Assembly: GCA_001643675.2 (NCBI GenBank)
Contig: LSRY02000058.1
Coordinates: 438,438 to 502,437, forward strand
DNA from: Monocercomonoides exilis PA203
Lineage: Eukaryota > Protista > Preaxostyla
Direction: 5' to 3'
DNA: 64,000 nt
The position numbers and the translations under genes were made by a program. This document shows, in pieces, positions 1 through 12,717 of this stretch; the first letter of the stretch is position 1, and each line of letters starts with the position of its first letter. Under the pieces are notes generated by a model. That model saw nothing but the letters and a program-made list of their open reading frames with translations. It made no database searches and was not told the DNA's origin.

Positions 1-500
1 GTAATGCTTGCCTCACAGGATCCCTGCACGGTCAACAGGAGAAAGCTCCGAGGGGCAAAGTCCCCTGCCCTCTGGTCTTCGCGACCATGGAAAAAGGCGA
101 AGTCGGTGGTGAAGTGAAGCGGGCAATGCATTATTTTATAATACAATGTTTAATGTTATTGTTTTGTATTTTATCTCACCCTTTTTTCCACGTCATTTTG
201 GAGAGGGTTAAGTTTTCACTCAAACCATCCACACTTTGAATCAATACTCATTTTCTCGGAGCAAACCTGTCTCACTGTGTTTTTATAAAATATAATTTTG
301 ATATTAATTGGTATTTTTTCGTTATCAATAAATATGCAAGCAGATGCTCATTGAAACAAAACCTGTTCATTTTCTGTCAACAGACTTGAACCAAGCATTC
401 TTTAAATTTGAAAAATGGGCATTTTTTTCCATAAATAATAAAAAACGCCAAAATATTCTGAAGTGGATTCTGAAAATATGATATTCAATAACAAAATATC

Positions 501-501
<1 letters not shown>

Positions 502-560
<59 letters not shown>
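502..560. repeat. poly(T) tract, about 59 nt
   Basis: Uninterrupted T run read directly; the length may be affected by homopolymer sequencing error. Confidence 0.9.
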
Positions 561-561
<1 letters not shown>

Positions 562-1545
562 ATAGAGTTAGAATTACAAACCGAAATGAGAAATGAGAAG
601 GAAAAAGAGAAATGAACCAAAAGAAAATGTAAAAGGAAATAATGAGATTATTTCTTTATTTGGTTGAACAGATTTTTGAAGAGGTGAAAAAAACACATCG
701 AATGAATACGATCCATTCGCATTCTTCGATGTCATCAGAAAAGAGAGAGAAAACAGGGTGACGCATCTGTGAAGAAGTAGGAGTCAATGTTTGCTTGCGT
801 GAGTGTGACTTTCAGCGATATTTGCTTTTCTTTTTGCAACATGTACATGAAATAGTAGAAAATAATTAGAGAAAATGAAAGAATTATAATGAAGCTATAA
901 AGTCATTTAATTCAAGGACGTTTGTGAAGTGAAAAACATAAAAATTTTGTGTCCGCTTTCAAGCTCAGTGTACAATTAAAGTAATTCTAGTCAGGTGTGA
1001 GAGTGAAAATGTAACTTTCCATTTAATTGAAAAATTCAAAACAACGAAATCCATTGAAATAAACAGGGAAAAAAAGAAACAATAATATTAACTTAAAAAT
1101 TTTACAATTGAATAATTAACATATCATGTGAAATGATTTCTTTTATCCTTCCGGTTGGAAAAAGATAAAAACGAAGAAATTATGGGGGAAAAAATAAAAT
1201 AAAATAATTGAATCGAAAAATGAATATAAAAGCTTCGTGAAATAGTAGGCACAATAGCAATGGCAGCAATAGGCGAGTTTTCAGAATGGAAAGGCAATTC
1301 CAATCCTTCTCTTTTGAGAAAATACAACAAGAACTTTAATTGGAGGGTCTTTCATTTCGTTAATGAACTGATTTTCAAGGAACAAAACCGTTCCATCAGA
1401 GTTTCCATCAGTCGAGGTATGGCATCGAAAGCACTTTTAGAATATTACTCTTTATGACTTCTGAGCTTCATTCTTCCCTCCCTCACATACTCCTTTGTTT
1501 TCTGAAGCAAGCACAACCATATTATCTGTCTTGATCAACATCCTT

Positions 1546-4500
1546 CTATCCAGCATCAAGCAATCCCATTTCAATTACATTCTGTGCAAATTCTGATTTT
1601 TCTTCTCTTTTCCTATTTTTCTTTTTCTTTTTCTTCCTTCTTTTTTGCTTAACCATTTCTCCATTTGAATTTTCTTTTTGATCACGGCATCCATCAATAT
1701 CCATCAGTTTCACTTCCCCTTCAAACCCTTCACATTCTTTCATCAATTCTTCTCCTTCAATTTCTTTTATCTTCCCTCTTGCTTCTATCACTTCTCCGAT
1801 TTCCATTATTGCTCTTTCCTCCTCTTCCCCATCTTCATTTTTCAAATCTTCCTTCAATACTTTAATCTTTTCTTCCAATAACTTGTCTGCACTCTTCTCC
1901 TCTGAATTGTCTCCATAGATTGAAAAATGGCTATTTGGTGCAGAAGATAATCCAATATAATATTCTATTGGCCTTTCATTTCTTCCATTATCAACAGTAT
2001 CACTGCTCAATTCCTCCAATTTATTGAATCTCTCAAGTCCAACTATCGTCTCTTCCATCACATCTCCACTTTTATCAATCTCTTCTGTTTGTTTTGGTTT
2101 CTTTCCCTTTTTTCGTTTCAGTTTTTTCGCTTTTCTACCCATTTCCTGTACCCAATTTTCATTTCCACTAACGTCAGTCTTTATGCATTTATTCTCTTCA
2201 CAGACTTGAAACGATGCTACTGTCTGCATTTCCACACAGTTCACTGGTACCATCCTCATCACTTCCTCACAATCAAATGTATTTTCAGCAATTACTTTGT
2301 TCTCGCACAGCTGAAACTCCTTAACCTTCTCTGTAATTGCATCCATCTCATTTCTTGATTCTTCCATCAACAATGTTCTCAGTTCCTCTTCTTCAACTCT
2401 TTGAACAAAATCTTCTTTTCTGCATTCAGTAATTTTAACATTCTTTATAATATCAATATCTCTATCTTCAATCTCCCTTCCATTTCTATTATGCTTCTTC
2501 TGCTTAAGCCCAACAATTAAAATAATTACAAATAACAGAATCGCAACAGCAATCACGCAACAAATGAAGGCAATTAAACTCCATTCAATTTTGTTGACTT
2601 TCTCAGATATTTTTTCATCTTCCTTTCGTTTTGGCTCGCTTCTGTTCTTCAGAATAAACGACTGTGTTGATAATGGAGCATCAGCATTCCCAAACAGAAT
2701 GCACACTCTCACTTCTGCTTCCTCTCCTGCCTCACTTATTGTCTCCTTTTGTACCCTCCCCTTTGCTTCTGTCTCCGAAGCAAATCCACTTTCATCAAAC
2801 ACAAACTTTTCAATCTGCTTTTCTTCTCCTATCTGTTTCATAGCCATAAATGACAGGTTGCACGGGAGAAGGAGCTTCCCTTTGAACGCAATCTCCACTT
2901 CTTCTTCCACTTCCTTTGCTTCAACACTCTCCAATTCTGGAATGAAGAATGAAGACGCCCTCTCAGAAATAATCCCTTCAAATAGACATTTATCATTCAA
3001 TATCCACATCGATGAGTTATCTTTCACTCCATCTCCTCCTTTCAAACTAGAAATCATCAGTGAAGCAGAAACAGAGCAGATTATGTTTCTACAAAGAGAA
3101 GGATATTTTGCAATTAAAGGATTATTGTTCTCAAATCTTCCATCTTTGATATTCATTGTACCTCCATTCACTGTCATCCCTCCCTTTGAGGAGTTGCAGA
3201 TTGTTGTATCTTTCATCATCACAGAACTCTTCGAGAAGTCAACAACTGACCCATTCCATTTGCACACCTCATCAGAAATCTCATTCTCTTCTGCTCCTGA
3301 AACAAGATTTCCTTCAAACACACACGATTCCATCAATATCTTCTCTGCAGATGTAATTGACACTTGGCTCCCCTTTGATGACTCTGATGAGCACTCATGA
3401 AAAGAGCAGTTGCACATCTCAAATCCACTCATCGGATGACTTGTGCAAACAATGCAAGACCCATCACTCGATCGGCTGATGTTTGTGAATGATGATAATG
3501 TCAAAGATAAAACGAGTGAAGAATGGCCATAATCAAATATCAGACTCTCTTCTTCCAACCAAATACTTGTGGCTGCAAGCTTCGAAATGCTCACTTTCTC
3601 ACTCTTTCCACATTCAATCAATGAACTCTTGCATTCTACATCATCCACTCCCACATCTTCAAATGTTGCTTTTTTTGAGTGCAATATCTGAAACACAGGC
3701 TTCGAGAATTTCAAGTGGCCAACACTGCACTTTTCTGCCTCAAACAACCCTTCTTCAACAACAATCAGAGAAAAGTCAAAAAGGGTCTGTGAATTCTCCA
3801 TTGATCTGCTCTCCGATTGAAATGAAACAGATTCCAGAATGAGAGATCCATTCAGCTGATGTATCAAGCACGAGCAGACAATATTTTCCATTTCATCGAA
3901 AACAAATGACACCTTCTCAAGTCGAACAGACTCTAAAGTTGTCACAGCTCCTTCATCAGCTAAATTAATTTCATTCACTTTTATCTCTGCATTTCTGTTC
4001 GCTTCCATCGATTTAATGGTCACCTTCTGAGCTGAGCACGAACCAGTTAATGTTGTTTCATTCCAAATTAACAGCTGCGAATAATCTGAAGGAATGATGT
4101 GGCCCACCCCAACATTTAGCGAAGAGCACGGGCTTGTCATTTCCCCACAGTTCTTGTTGTCACTACTGTTCCCTGCAATCGAAGACACAAATATAAATTC
4201 GCTCCTAAAAACAAGCATTTTTTGCAAAAGATCCTCCTCGTCTCCATAATTGTCTGCTGTGCACCCCCATATTGCAAGCTCCTTCACAAATGGCTCCCCA
4301 AAATCAATCAGGAATTGTTGCTCTGAAATTTGGGTTTCAAGATTGGTGCATTTCACAAAAACGTCTCTTCCCTTAAGTGCAACATTCCATTTGAATGTGA
4401 TGTTCGATAGCACAAATGGTAGTGCTTTCTGTGCTGTGCTCAGTGACTTCAAAAACATACCCCCTCCTCTTCCAACATTTGTACTAAAACAGCCTGCAAT

Positions 4501-7500
4501 TTTCGTGCAATTCATTTCCAACCGTCCGCCTTTGTTTAGCAGGAAAAATATACTCCCTCCTTCGTTCGAGCTTGTCGATCCGCAACCATCAATGATAGAA
4601 TTTTCCATTTTCAATCTCATTTCATTCTGCACATTGCAGCAAAGCAACGAAGGGGTATTTGCCACATTGTGCTTCACATTCATGAATCTGCATTGCTCAA
4701 ACAAAAAGTTCCATGCCTCTCCCATATCGTCATCCTCTCTTCCGGAAATCACACTTTCACTCATCGCAATTGCACTTTTCCCGCTCAATGAAATATCTTC
4801 AAATGTCACATTGTTCATGGTTGTCACACAATCAGCTGATATGCTCATTATCTCATGCATCGTTGAGAATCCAGCTATTTCTGTCTTTTCAATAGAAACA
4901 ATTCCTTTCGAAGCACTGATCAGAACAAATGACACCTCATCTTTCACATTTTCATTTGTGTAAATTGAGCATCCGATAACACTCGTTTTGACTGCATCTG
5001 AACCTGTCTGGATAAGGATGTTTGCTCCATTCTCAAAGTCACTGGGAATCAGAATCCCCAATTCACTGAACTGAACAGCCCCTTTGCATTCAACAACAAC
5101 ATCTCCATCCCCTTCAAGTGCTTGAGCAAATCTGATTTTGTCTGATTCCATATTTGTTCCTTCCAATTTCAGCCCATTCATCTCTGTCACACTCCTCGCA
5201 TTGCAAACCCCGTGAAACATCATCGACTCAAGTGTTATATTGCTCCCTCGATTCAGCCCATAATCAACAGATTCACACGGAAACTCATATAGTCCACATA
5301 CAACAACATCATTTCCTTCTTCTGCTACATGCACACTCGAACCAATCGATTTCCAGAAATAGACCAGTGGGATTGCACATTCCCTGTTTTCTCCATCATA
5401 TCCCCTCATCGAGTCTTCGGTCAATGCCTCCAGTCTATCTTTCACAAATGGCAGTGTTTCGTTCTTGATGCTCTTAATAAGCGATGGAGATGAAATAAAC
5501 AAATCCTTCCCAAACTTCGCATTGTTTGGTTTATCAGATGAAAAAACAGGTGAGGATATCACAAACGCTTCCTCTTTCTCTTTCAACAACTGCAGCATGA
5601 TTCCTCCTCCATATCCAACACTTTCCTTTTCATATGGTGCTGCGCAACCATAAAACTCACACTTGCTCATCAACAGGTTCGTATTTGCAGACGCTTCATA
5701 AAAGAATGCCCCTCCTCCAATCTCATTTTCTTCTCCAACAACAGCACATCCTTCAAATGTGCAGTTATTTATTTCAACTTTGTAATCTCTTCCATCATTA
5801 TCATTCTCGTTCGAAAAGCCTACGCACCCTCCACTTCCCTTCGAACGAGTGATCGATGAAAATGTGCACTCAGACATCTCTTCAATAATCCCCCCGTGAC
5901 ACTCAACAACGCTCCCATCACCAAATGAGATTTCTCCAAAATGGCTGTTCGTCATATTCATAGAAGGCACGCTCTCTCCATTCCCTTCAACAACAATGAA
6001 AAACGATGAATCTCCTTTTTTGATATTTTTTGATCCAAACTCATTCACCTCCACGATCCCTCCAACAGCCTTCACAAACACTGTCGAAATAGTCTCAGCG
6101 CCTCCTTCCATCCCACATCCATTCAGTGTGAGCTTCCCTGAACAGCACTCAAACACACTTTCGTGAAAGGTCAGCGATTTCTTCAAAGAAAATACAATAC
6201 CACTCACAGACACACTGACTGAGTTTTCAATCAATCCACTTTGTGTTCCCTCTTTCTGATCAGAAACATCACATTTCATCTCATTCTTATTTGTTTTGAT
6301 GATCCATTCATAAGTTGGAAAATTAAATTCTTCCTCAAATGCAAACGATTCGAGAATGGTTATATCTTTTTTCTTCTCTTCAAAATGGTTTGACACAGCC
6401 TTCGCAATGGTAGAGCACGGAAACAATTCATACCCACACATCGAAAAGTCGTGACTTGATGATCCCCCAACAAAGGCAGACCCTGAAAAGTTATCCCACA
6501 GATACACCACCAACGGGATGGCAAATGTCTCATTCAATGTTGATCTCTCAAACCCATTCAGTCTTGTCAAGTCACTCATATCAACTTCAAATCCAATCGA
6601 CCTTCTGCTAATCACACTTGAAAGCTCATTCGCATTGATGAAGATTTCTTTCCCCTCTCTGGCATCACATCCAGCAAATGACGCTTTCTTCAAAATGAAT
6701 GAACTCGCGCCATCTTCCAAATGAAGATAAATCCCTCCTCCATATCCGTGCTCTCCATCTGTGTTTTGTGTTGCCTTGCAACTCGTAAATTGCAACAAAC
6801 CACTTTCATCATTTGAAAATATTGTTCTTGCTGAGTCAGTATTAGTCATGTTCCCTAAAGTGAATGTTGATCCTTCCTTCATCTCAGCCCACAACCCTCC
6901 TCCATTTCCTCCTTTGCTCCGGCATCCAGATATCATTCCTCCAACTATTTCCAGAGAACAATCTCTCCCAAGTGTGCATTCAACTGCTCCTCCATTTCCT
7001 TCAATTCTTCTGAAACCACCCATCGTATTGTTTGTGAGCTTTAGCATCTTTACTGAATTTGTTGAAATCACTCGAATTGATTCGGATGGCAAATCTGTTT
7101 GTGAATATGCTTTCGCTGAAAGTGTTGAATCTTTAATCGTTAAAGATGCTCCATTCTCCGCTTCAAACAAAATGCTATTTGTTGCAGTGCTAATATCCTC
7201 AACATTCATGAAGGTGAATGTACCAGCAGCATTGCTTCCATCAAGAAAAATCAATGGGCAATTTCCAATAAATAGAGACAATACATTCAACGATGAAACA
7301 GAAACCTTCCCTGTTGTTGCTGATAAAAACACATAAGATAACGCTGACTGGGAATTTTGAAAAGCCAGTGAGCAATCTTTAAGCGAAAATAATTGTGAGG
7401 AAGAATAGAAGAACGCTTTGTGATTTTGGAGAGCAGAAGGAACAGAGAAAACAAGTGATTTCAAAACAGTATTTCCACTTATTGTTATCAAACTTCCTTC

Positions 7501-10443
7501 ACTTCCATCGGAATTGTCAATCACAAGCCATCCACTGTTTGTATCTTTGCCTCTGATCGTGTGCTTGAAGGAGTCAAATGAAAGCTCATATTGAATTTCA
7601 ATCATCCCATCAACGACAATCTTCTTTTCCTTTTCTTGCCTAGTCAAAGAATGTCTCAGAGTTAAACATGGGACTTCAGAAAATCCACAATAAAAATAAT
7701 CAAATGCATCAACATTACTCGCAATAATCTCTTCTGGTAAAGGAATCAAATAAACACATAGAGGAATTGGGAATGACGTATTCCCATTATCATATCCCTG
7801 TATCTTGCTCTTTGTATCAAATGAAGCTGTCAATGAAGTTATTTTCCCACTTTTTGCTGTCGATTTCAGATCAATTGAATCAACAAAAATATCGCTTCCC
7901 CATTTGGCCCTATTCCCTTCAAATGCTGATGAAATCAGAAACTCTGTACTTGTATCTTTCACTTTCAGCCCAATCCCTCCCCCTCTGCCTTGAGTGATTG
8001 AGGCATTACAGTTTCTAATATAACCTCCATTCATTGTCAATGAACTGCCGCTTCCTATTCCAAACATCATGCTCCCTCCAAAATTGGAGAGTTCACTTCC
8101 GCAACCATCAAATGTGCACCCTTTAAGGGTTATTGAATGTGACCCCTCGCTCGCATTCATCAGCGATGGTCCTGCTGTTGTCCTCACTATGTTGGTGAAT
8201 ACGCTGTTATTAAATAGCAATGAAACAGTCGTTTCCTGAGGCAGCGAAATCAAACTTGTGATGCTGAATGTTTGTCCCCATCTCACGTCTTTCATTTTCA
8301 ACTCTCCCCCATCCACCTTCACAAGCGAATTCTGAATGCTTCTCTTCTTTGAATGTGTAGCATCCATTGATATATTCAATCTCTTCAAATTCATCAATCC
8401 ACTTCCTCTCACTTCAAACAGTTTGCTTCTTCTGTTGTTTTCAATTGAGGTGTTGTGAACCACTGAAAGATTGTTCGCAGCTAATTCTCCCCTTCCAACA
8501 CAAAACAGTTTCAATCCATTTGCCTCAAATTTTGTTCTGATGGTAGAACCAGATGAAGAGACGCCATTTACAGTTATCGTTTTCTCGCCAACGTCAACTC
8601 CTTTTTCTTCTACAACCGTTCCTGTAAGCACCCTGATTTCTTCAACAAACCCCACAATCATTTGGGATATGCAATGACTGATTGTGAGGCATGGATATGT
8701 TTTATCAAATCCACAAAAATATGAGTCTTTTGCTCTCTCAACATTTTGCGAATTGGACACATACCTTTCTCGTCCTCCAGTTCTCAGCCAACTACTTTTA
8801 TCCTTGATAGTCTTATAACTTATTGAAACTTTGTTTGTTGTTGTTCTGGTTGAAAGGCATGTTGCATCAATTTGATTTTGAGTTGCATCATGTATCACAA
8901 TATCGTGTCCTCCTAATTGAGCAGTGTTATTATGAAAAAAACAATAATAAAAAATAGTCACTTCTGGAAGGAATCTCCTTATCATCACTCCTCCAGCGCC
9001 ACCTTGTGAATAACAGTTTACGAAACAGCAAGAATGACAACACATTTTGGGTTCAGCGTCAAGGACATCGCATCCCCCTCCTGCTGAGCTTGTTTCATCA
9101 TTTCCGCTACAGTTTCGAAAAAAACATCCCATGATACCAATTTCTTGTTTTGAAAAGGTGCAATACAAAATACTTATTCCGCCTGCATCATTTCCAGACC
9201 AACCATCTTCAAAAAGGCAATTAGATGATATCACTTGTGTGCTTATATAATTGCAACTAACACCCCCGCCTCCTCCATCATCTTGGAGTGCTGCAGACGT
9301 GCATTTTTCGAATTGGCTATTGTTAACAGCAACCTCGGATATATTGAATCCAAAAATTCCGCCTCCTTTTGTTTTTGTTGCTTTACAATTGGAAAACGAA
9401 GAATTGAGTACTGTGAGCGTTGCTTCCTGATTGTCATGAACATAAAGTGCCCCTCCACACTCAGCAGTGCAACCAACCCATTCGCATAAATTAAAATATT
9501 GACTTCTTGTTGTCGAAAGTTGATATCTTCTAGTTAATGAGTTGTCAACCCTTGTATTCATCAAAAACGACGAATTAGACGATAAAAGTGAAGTAAAAGG
9601 TGATGTGGAAATTGCTGCTGTAAGCACGGTTCCACAAATTATCCCTCCTTCAAGAACATTCGTTGTGCACGATGTAACACAATTGTCGAATGTGCTCCTC
9701 AATGCACAAAGTCCTGGCTTTTCGTCTTCTAATGCATTTTCTTGGGTAATGTTATTAAATAAGCAGCAATCCAATTTTTCTGATGAGCAAGCTCCACAAT
9801 GAAGAACACTTCCGCCTCCACAAAAAATTAAATTTGTTAGAATCGATTGTGAAATGCAAATTGATGCTGAAATTGACGTCTCTGACAAACTTCTACATAC
9901 ACTTTGAGTTGATGATAATTGCGAAGCGTTGTAGAGGTTCAGCGACCCAAAGCATAAAAATGGCGAATGGTCTCTTTCTTTCAAATCAGAAATCAAAACA
10001 TTATGCAAAAAGCACCATGAATCCGCATTTATGGATAATAAATGTTTTCTTTCGTTGCCTTTAAATATTATAGAAGAATAGTATATAGATGAATTTGATT
10101 CAACAATGCGAGAATTTATTGTTGAGTGTATTTTTCTAAATACGTTTGGGTTTCGATAAATCCCGTAAATATTCCATAAATCACAAAAAAATATGTTATG
10201 TATATCTTTTTTGTCCTCAAAATCTCCATGAAATTGTTGGTCTTTCGACTCTCTGCCAAGTTCGAAATGGATTAATTGTGGCTTTTTTTGCAGATCAAAC
10301 TCCAGCAAATCCACCCGAAAAGTTGAACATATATTTGCACTAATAACGTATATTAAAATAAGGCTTGTTCTAAAATTGAACAGTGTCTTCTTTTTCCACA
10401 AAATACTCATCTTATTTTTGAAGATCATATATCCCATAAACAT
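1546..10443 (-). CDS. Giant type I membrane/surface protein (about 2965 aa) with Cys/Gly-rich beta-helix (pectin-lyase/Pmp-like) repeats and a Glu/Lys-rich cytoplasmic tail
   Basis: Single 8.9-kb ORF. N-terminal hydrophobic segment (LILIYVISANIC). Recurrent GGA(L/I/V)/GGG(I/V) ... FxxC/FxxN motifs and CGxxxxPCx(T/S) modules. C-terminal TM helix LIAFICCVIAVAILLFVIILIVGL followed by KQKK. Clear paralogy with 41814-48707. Confidence 0.85.
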   Translation of the reverse strand: MFMGYMIFKNKMSILWKKKTLFNFRTSLILIYVISANICSTFRVDLLEFDLQKKPQLIHFELGRESKDQQFHGDFEDKKDIHNIFFCDLWNIYGIYRNPNVFRKIHSTINSRIVESNSSIYYSSIIFKGNERKHLLSINADSWCFLHNVLISDLKERDHSPFLCFGSLNLYNASQLSSTQSVCRSLSETSISASICISQSILTNLIFCGGGSVLHCGACSSEKLDCCLFNNITQENALEDEKPGLCALRSTFDNCVTSCTTNVLEGGIICGTVLTAAISTSPFTSLLSSNSSFLMNTRVDNSLTRRYQLSTTRSQYFNLCEWVGCTAECGGALYVHDNQEATLTVLNSSFSNCKATKTKGGGIFGFNISEVAVNNSQFEKCTSAALQDDGGGGGVSCNYISTQVISSNCLFEDGWSGNDAGGISILYCTFSKQEIGIMGCFFRNCSGNDETSSAGGGCDVLDAEPKMCCHSCCFVNCYSQGGAGGVMIRRFLPEVTIFYYCFFHNNTAQLGGHDIVIHDATQNQIDATCLSTRTTTNKVSISYKTIKDKSSWLRTGGRERYVSNSQNVERAKDSYFCGFDKTYPCLTISHCISQMIVGFVEEIRVLTGTVVEEKGVDVGEKTITVNGVSSSGSTIRTKFEANGLKLFCVGRGELAANNLSVVHNTSIENNRRSKLFEVRGSGLMNLKRLNISMDATHSKKRSIQNSLVKVDGGELKMKDVRWGQTFSITSLISLPQETTVSLLFNNSVFTNIVRTTAGPSLMNASEGSHSITLKGCTFDGCGSELSNFGGSMMFGIGSGSSLTMNGGYIRNCNASITQGRGGGIGLKVKDTSTEFLISSAFEGNRAKWGSDIFVDSIDLKSTAKSGKITSLTASFDTKSKIQGYDNGNTSFPIPLCVYLIPLPEEIIASNVDAFDYFYCGFSEVPCLTLRHSLTRQEKEKKIVVDGMIEIQYELSFDSFKHTIRGKDTNSGWLVIDNSDGSEGSLITISGNTVLKSLVFSVPSALQNHKAFFYSSSQLFSLKDCSLAFQNSQSALSYVFLSATTGKVSVSSLNVLSLFIGNCPLIFLDGSNAAGTFTFMNVEDISTATNSILFEAENGASLTIKDSTLSAKAYSQTDLPSESIRVISTNSVKMLKLTNNTMGGFRRIEGNGGAVECTLGRDCSLEIVGGMISGCRSKGGNGGGLWAEMKEGSTFTLGNMTNTDSARTIFSNDESGLLQFTSCKATQNTDGEHGYGGGIYLHLEDGASSFILKKASFAGCDAREGKEIFINANELSSVISRRSIGFEVDMSDLTRLNGFERSTLNETFAIPLVVYLWDNFSGSAFVGGSSSHDFSMCGYELFPCSTIAKAVSNHFEEKKKDITILESFAFEEEFNFPTYEWIIKTNKNEMKCDVSDQKEGTQSGLIENSVSVSVSGIVFSLKKSLTFHESVFECCSGKLTLNGCGMEGGAETISTVFVKAVGGIVEVNEFGSKNIKKGDSSFFIVVEGNGESVPSMNMTNSHFGEISFGDGSVVECHGGIIEEMSECTFSSITRSKGSGGCVGFSNENDNDGRDYKVEINNCTFEGCAVVGEENEIGGGAFFYEASANTNLLMSKCEFYGCAAPYEKESVGYGGGIMLQLLKEKEEAFVISSPVFSSDKPNNAKFGKDLFISSPSLIKSIKNETLPFVKDRLEALTEDSMRGYDGENRECAIPLVYFWKSIGSSVHVAEEGNDVVVCGLYEFPCESVDYGLNRGSNITLESMMFHGVCNARSVTEMNGLKLEGTNMESDKIRFAQALEGDGDVVVECKGAVQFSELGILIPSDFENGANILIQTGSDAVKTSVIGCSIYTNENVKDEVSFVLISASKGIVSIEKTEIAGFSTMHEIMSISADCVTTMNNVTFEDISLSGKSAIAMSESVISGREDDDMGEAWNFLFEQCRFMNVKHNVANTPSLLCCNVQNEMRLKMENSIIDGCGSTSSNEGGSIFFLLNKGGRLEMNCTKIAGCFSTNVGRGGGMFLKSLSTAQKALPFVLSNITFKWNVALKGRDVFVKCTNLETQISEQQFLIDFGEPFVKELAIWGCTADNYGDEEDLLQKMLVFRSEFIFVSSIAGNSSDNKNCGEMTSPCSSLNVGVGHIIPSDYSQLLIWNETTLTGSCSAQKVTIKSMEANRNAEIKVNEINLADEGAVTTLESVRLEKVSFVFDEMENIVCSCLIHQLNGSLILESVSFQSESRSMENSQTLFDFSLIVVEEGLFEAEKCSVGHLKFSKPVFQILHSKKATFEDVGVDDVECKSSLIECGKSEKVSISKLAATSIWLEEESLIFDYGHSSLVLSLTLSSFTNISRSSDGSCIVCTSHPMSGFEMCNCSFHECSSESSKGSQVSITSAEKILMESCVFEGNLVSGAEENEISDEVCKWNGSVVDFSKSSVMMKDTTICNSSKGGMTVNGGTMNIKDGRFENNNPLIAKYPSLCRNIICSVSASLMISSLKGGDGVKDNSSMWILNDKCLFEGIISERASSFFIPELESVEAKEVEEEVEIAFKGKLLLPCNLSFMAMKQIGEEKQIEKFVFDESGFASETEAKGRVQKETISEAGEEAEVRVCILFGNADAPLSTQSFILKNRSEPKRKEDEKISEKVNKIEWSLIAFICCVIAVAILLFVIILIVGLKQKKHNRNGREIEDRDIDIIKNVKITECRKEDFVQRVEEEELRTLLMEESRNEMDAITEKVKEFQLCENKVIAENTFDCEEVMRMVPVNCVEMQTVASFQVCEENKCIKTDVSGNENWVQEMGRKAKKLKRKKGKKPKQTEEIDKSGDVMEETIVGLERFNKLEELSSDTVDNGRNERPIEYYIGLSSAPNSHFSIYGDNSEEKSADKLLEEKIKVLKEDLKNEDGEEEERAIMEIGEVIEARGKIKEIEGEELMKECEGFEGEVKLMDIDGCRDQKENSNGEMVKQKRRKKKKKKNRKREEKSEFAQNVIEMGLLDAG

Positions 10444-12402
10444 ATATCAATTTTTGTGCGTGAACAAATTAATAAATAACTTTTTGATATTGAAATTACA
10501 GAATTCGAAAAAAAATGAACCTCAAAAAAGAATATTAAAAAATTGATTTTTATTTAAATGATAATTTCCGCCTTTTCAAGTTATTGTTGATATTGTTGAA
10601 ATGTTGGTGGATATTTTTCTTTCATTTAATATTTTTTCACGAAACGTATAATAACAATGATATATTTTATGTAAATTTTCAACACGAATTCATGAAACAT
10701 TTTTGTCAAATATTTTGATAACAAATTGAGTAATTATTTTCCAAATCATGACTTTTTTTCAAGGAAAAGAATATCTGAGAAAAAAAAAATAAATTTTTTT
10801 ATTATTATATTCTTTTTATTTTTTATTTTATTCTTTTTTTTTTGTTTGTTTGTTTGTCAAGGGTTCTTTTTCATCATTCAACTCCATTTTTCAAACCGAA
10901 ATTTGTGTTGGAAAGAATTTGACTTCAAATAGAATCGGCCATTTCATCTTTTTGGACAGTTTGTTTCTTTGAAATTGTTCTTAACATTTTCGTTATTAAA
11001 AATGAATTTGTTTAAGGTAGTCGAAATTTCACTATCACTTTAAATAATACCTTTAATTTTTGTGTTTGTTTTCTTGTTATATCTGGAAATCTTTCAAATC
11101 GAATTTTTGATTAGTTAAATTTGATCGTAAAAAATGATTCACCAATGTGGAGAATTCATAGTGATTGATGATTTAGAGAGGATTGATCAAAAAGAAAAGA
11201 AAGAAAAAAGAAAGAAATTGAAATTGAAAAAAAATTGATTAAACAAAAAGGATTTTTTTTTCGAAAACCTGAAAATGTTTAATAATTGTGATGGAATTTT
11301 CTAATTATTTTTTGAACACTTTGAGTTATAATTCCATTTCATTATTTCATTATGCAAATAACATCGGATAAAAATTGCTTGTTAAATCAAATAAACTTTT
11401 CGGAGAAATCAGATGTGATTATCGCCTTAAGCGTTCAAATGATGATTAGAAATATTAAAACTCAAATATTTACTCTGCAACTTTTAAAAAAAAGAGTTCC
11501 CAAATGAAAAGACAACTTTTTTTTAATTCAATTTATTAATAATTTTTGTTTCAACTTTATCATAAATTCGTTATCACCCGTATAATGAAAAAGGAATTGT
11601 TTTGCTTTTTGTAATCCAATGAAGTTTGATAAATACAGTTTTAATAGAATATTATCACAAATATTATTGCACTTCTTTTTGAGACTATATCCGATAATGA
11701 CAAAAAGCGATTTTGCTTGACATAGAAAAAATATAAAATTTTTATGTTAATTAAATAAATAATGGGTCAATTATTCCATTTGGTGCAGAATTTTTTCTTT
11801 AATGAAAAATTTCAATGACTTGTTCCAAACTTTTTCTGCATCGTTTGATTATTATTTTTTGCATTGTCGTGCAATCTGAAATAAAAATATAAAAAAATCG
11901 AAAAAAAAAATCTTTGAAAGAACAGTGAGGAACAAAATTCATAAGACAAAAAATTATGTCCCATTTTTATTAATTCTTTTCAAAAGCACTTTTTTTCTTT
12001 CGAAAACAGTTTTTGTCATTAACAAACAATATTTTGACTAATTCACGCATTATTTGAAAATTCGAAAAATTGGAAATTTTTGAACTTAAAATCCATTTTT
12101 TTATTGGAAATGAATCCATTAAAATACTAAGTGTGATTAAATATATTTAGACATGTGATAATAAGCAACAGAAAATGAATAGAAAATGTGAAAAAAATGT
12201 TCGTACAGGGAAAATTTTGACAATAAACGAATATGATTATATTCGATGTGATGACATCGTGTTTTGACTGGACGGAATTCGCTCTTTTTCTTGAATTAAA
12301 AGAACTCAAAAAACACATTTTTTGTTTGATCAAACAATTCTTTCGTTATGAATTTGAGTTAGTATTTGAGTTTATTCTGGTATAAAAATATTCTTTTTTG
12401 CA

Positions 12403-12403
<1 letters not shown>

Positions 12404-12455
<52 letters not shown>
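12404..12455. repeat. poly(A) tract, about 52 nt
   Basis: Uninterrupted A run read directly. Confidence 0.9.
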
Positions 12456-12458
<3 letters not shown>

Positions 12459-12717
12459 TTTTGATGAAATTAATGTTTCATGTTTCTTCTTTCTTTAAAA
12501 ATATTAATGTTCAAATATAAGGATTAAACTTCTTCATCGTTCAGAATTATTCACAAAGTTTTGAAAACTTAATTCAAACAACATTTTCAATTTTCACAAA
12601 CTTTTCTGCAGTCTGCATCTTGATCAATGATATAAACTGCTTAAATATATTAATAAATTTTTATTATTTTGATCAAGATATTCCATTTTTTGTTTCAAAA
12701 GAAGAGTTTTTTTGCAA

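Noticed and set aside
1-135. GC-rich segment at the window start (possible ncRNA or exon)
   Set aside because: It is cut by the window edge. One minus-strand frame is open, but there is no recognisable motif or RNA family.
402-620. Poly-Lys ORF, or a retrocopy poly(A) tail
   Set aside because: The ORF is just the translated poly(T) tract; no adjacent retroelement body or target-site duplication was recognised.
1665-10343. Antisense ORFs of up to 278 aa inside the large surface gene (likewise inside the CKAP5-like, SRPK and 41814-48707 genes)
   Set aside because: They are shadow frames caused by codon bias of the real gene on the opposite strand.
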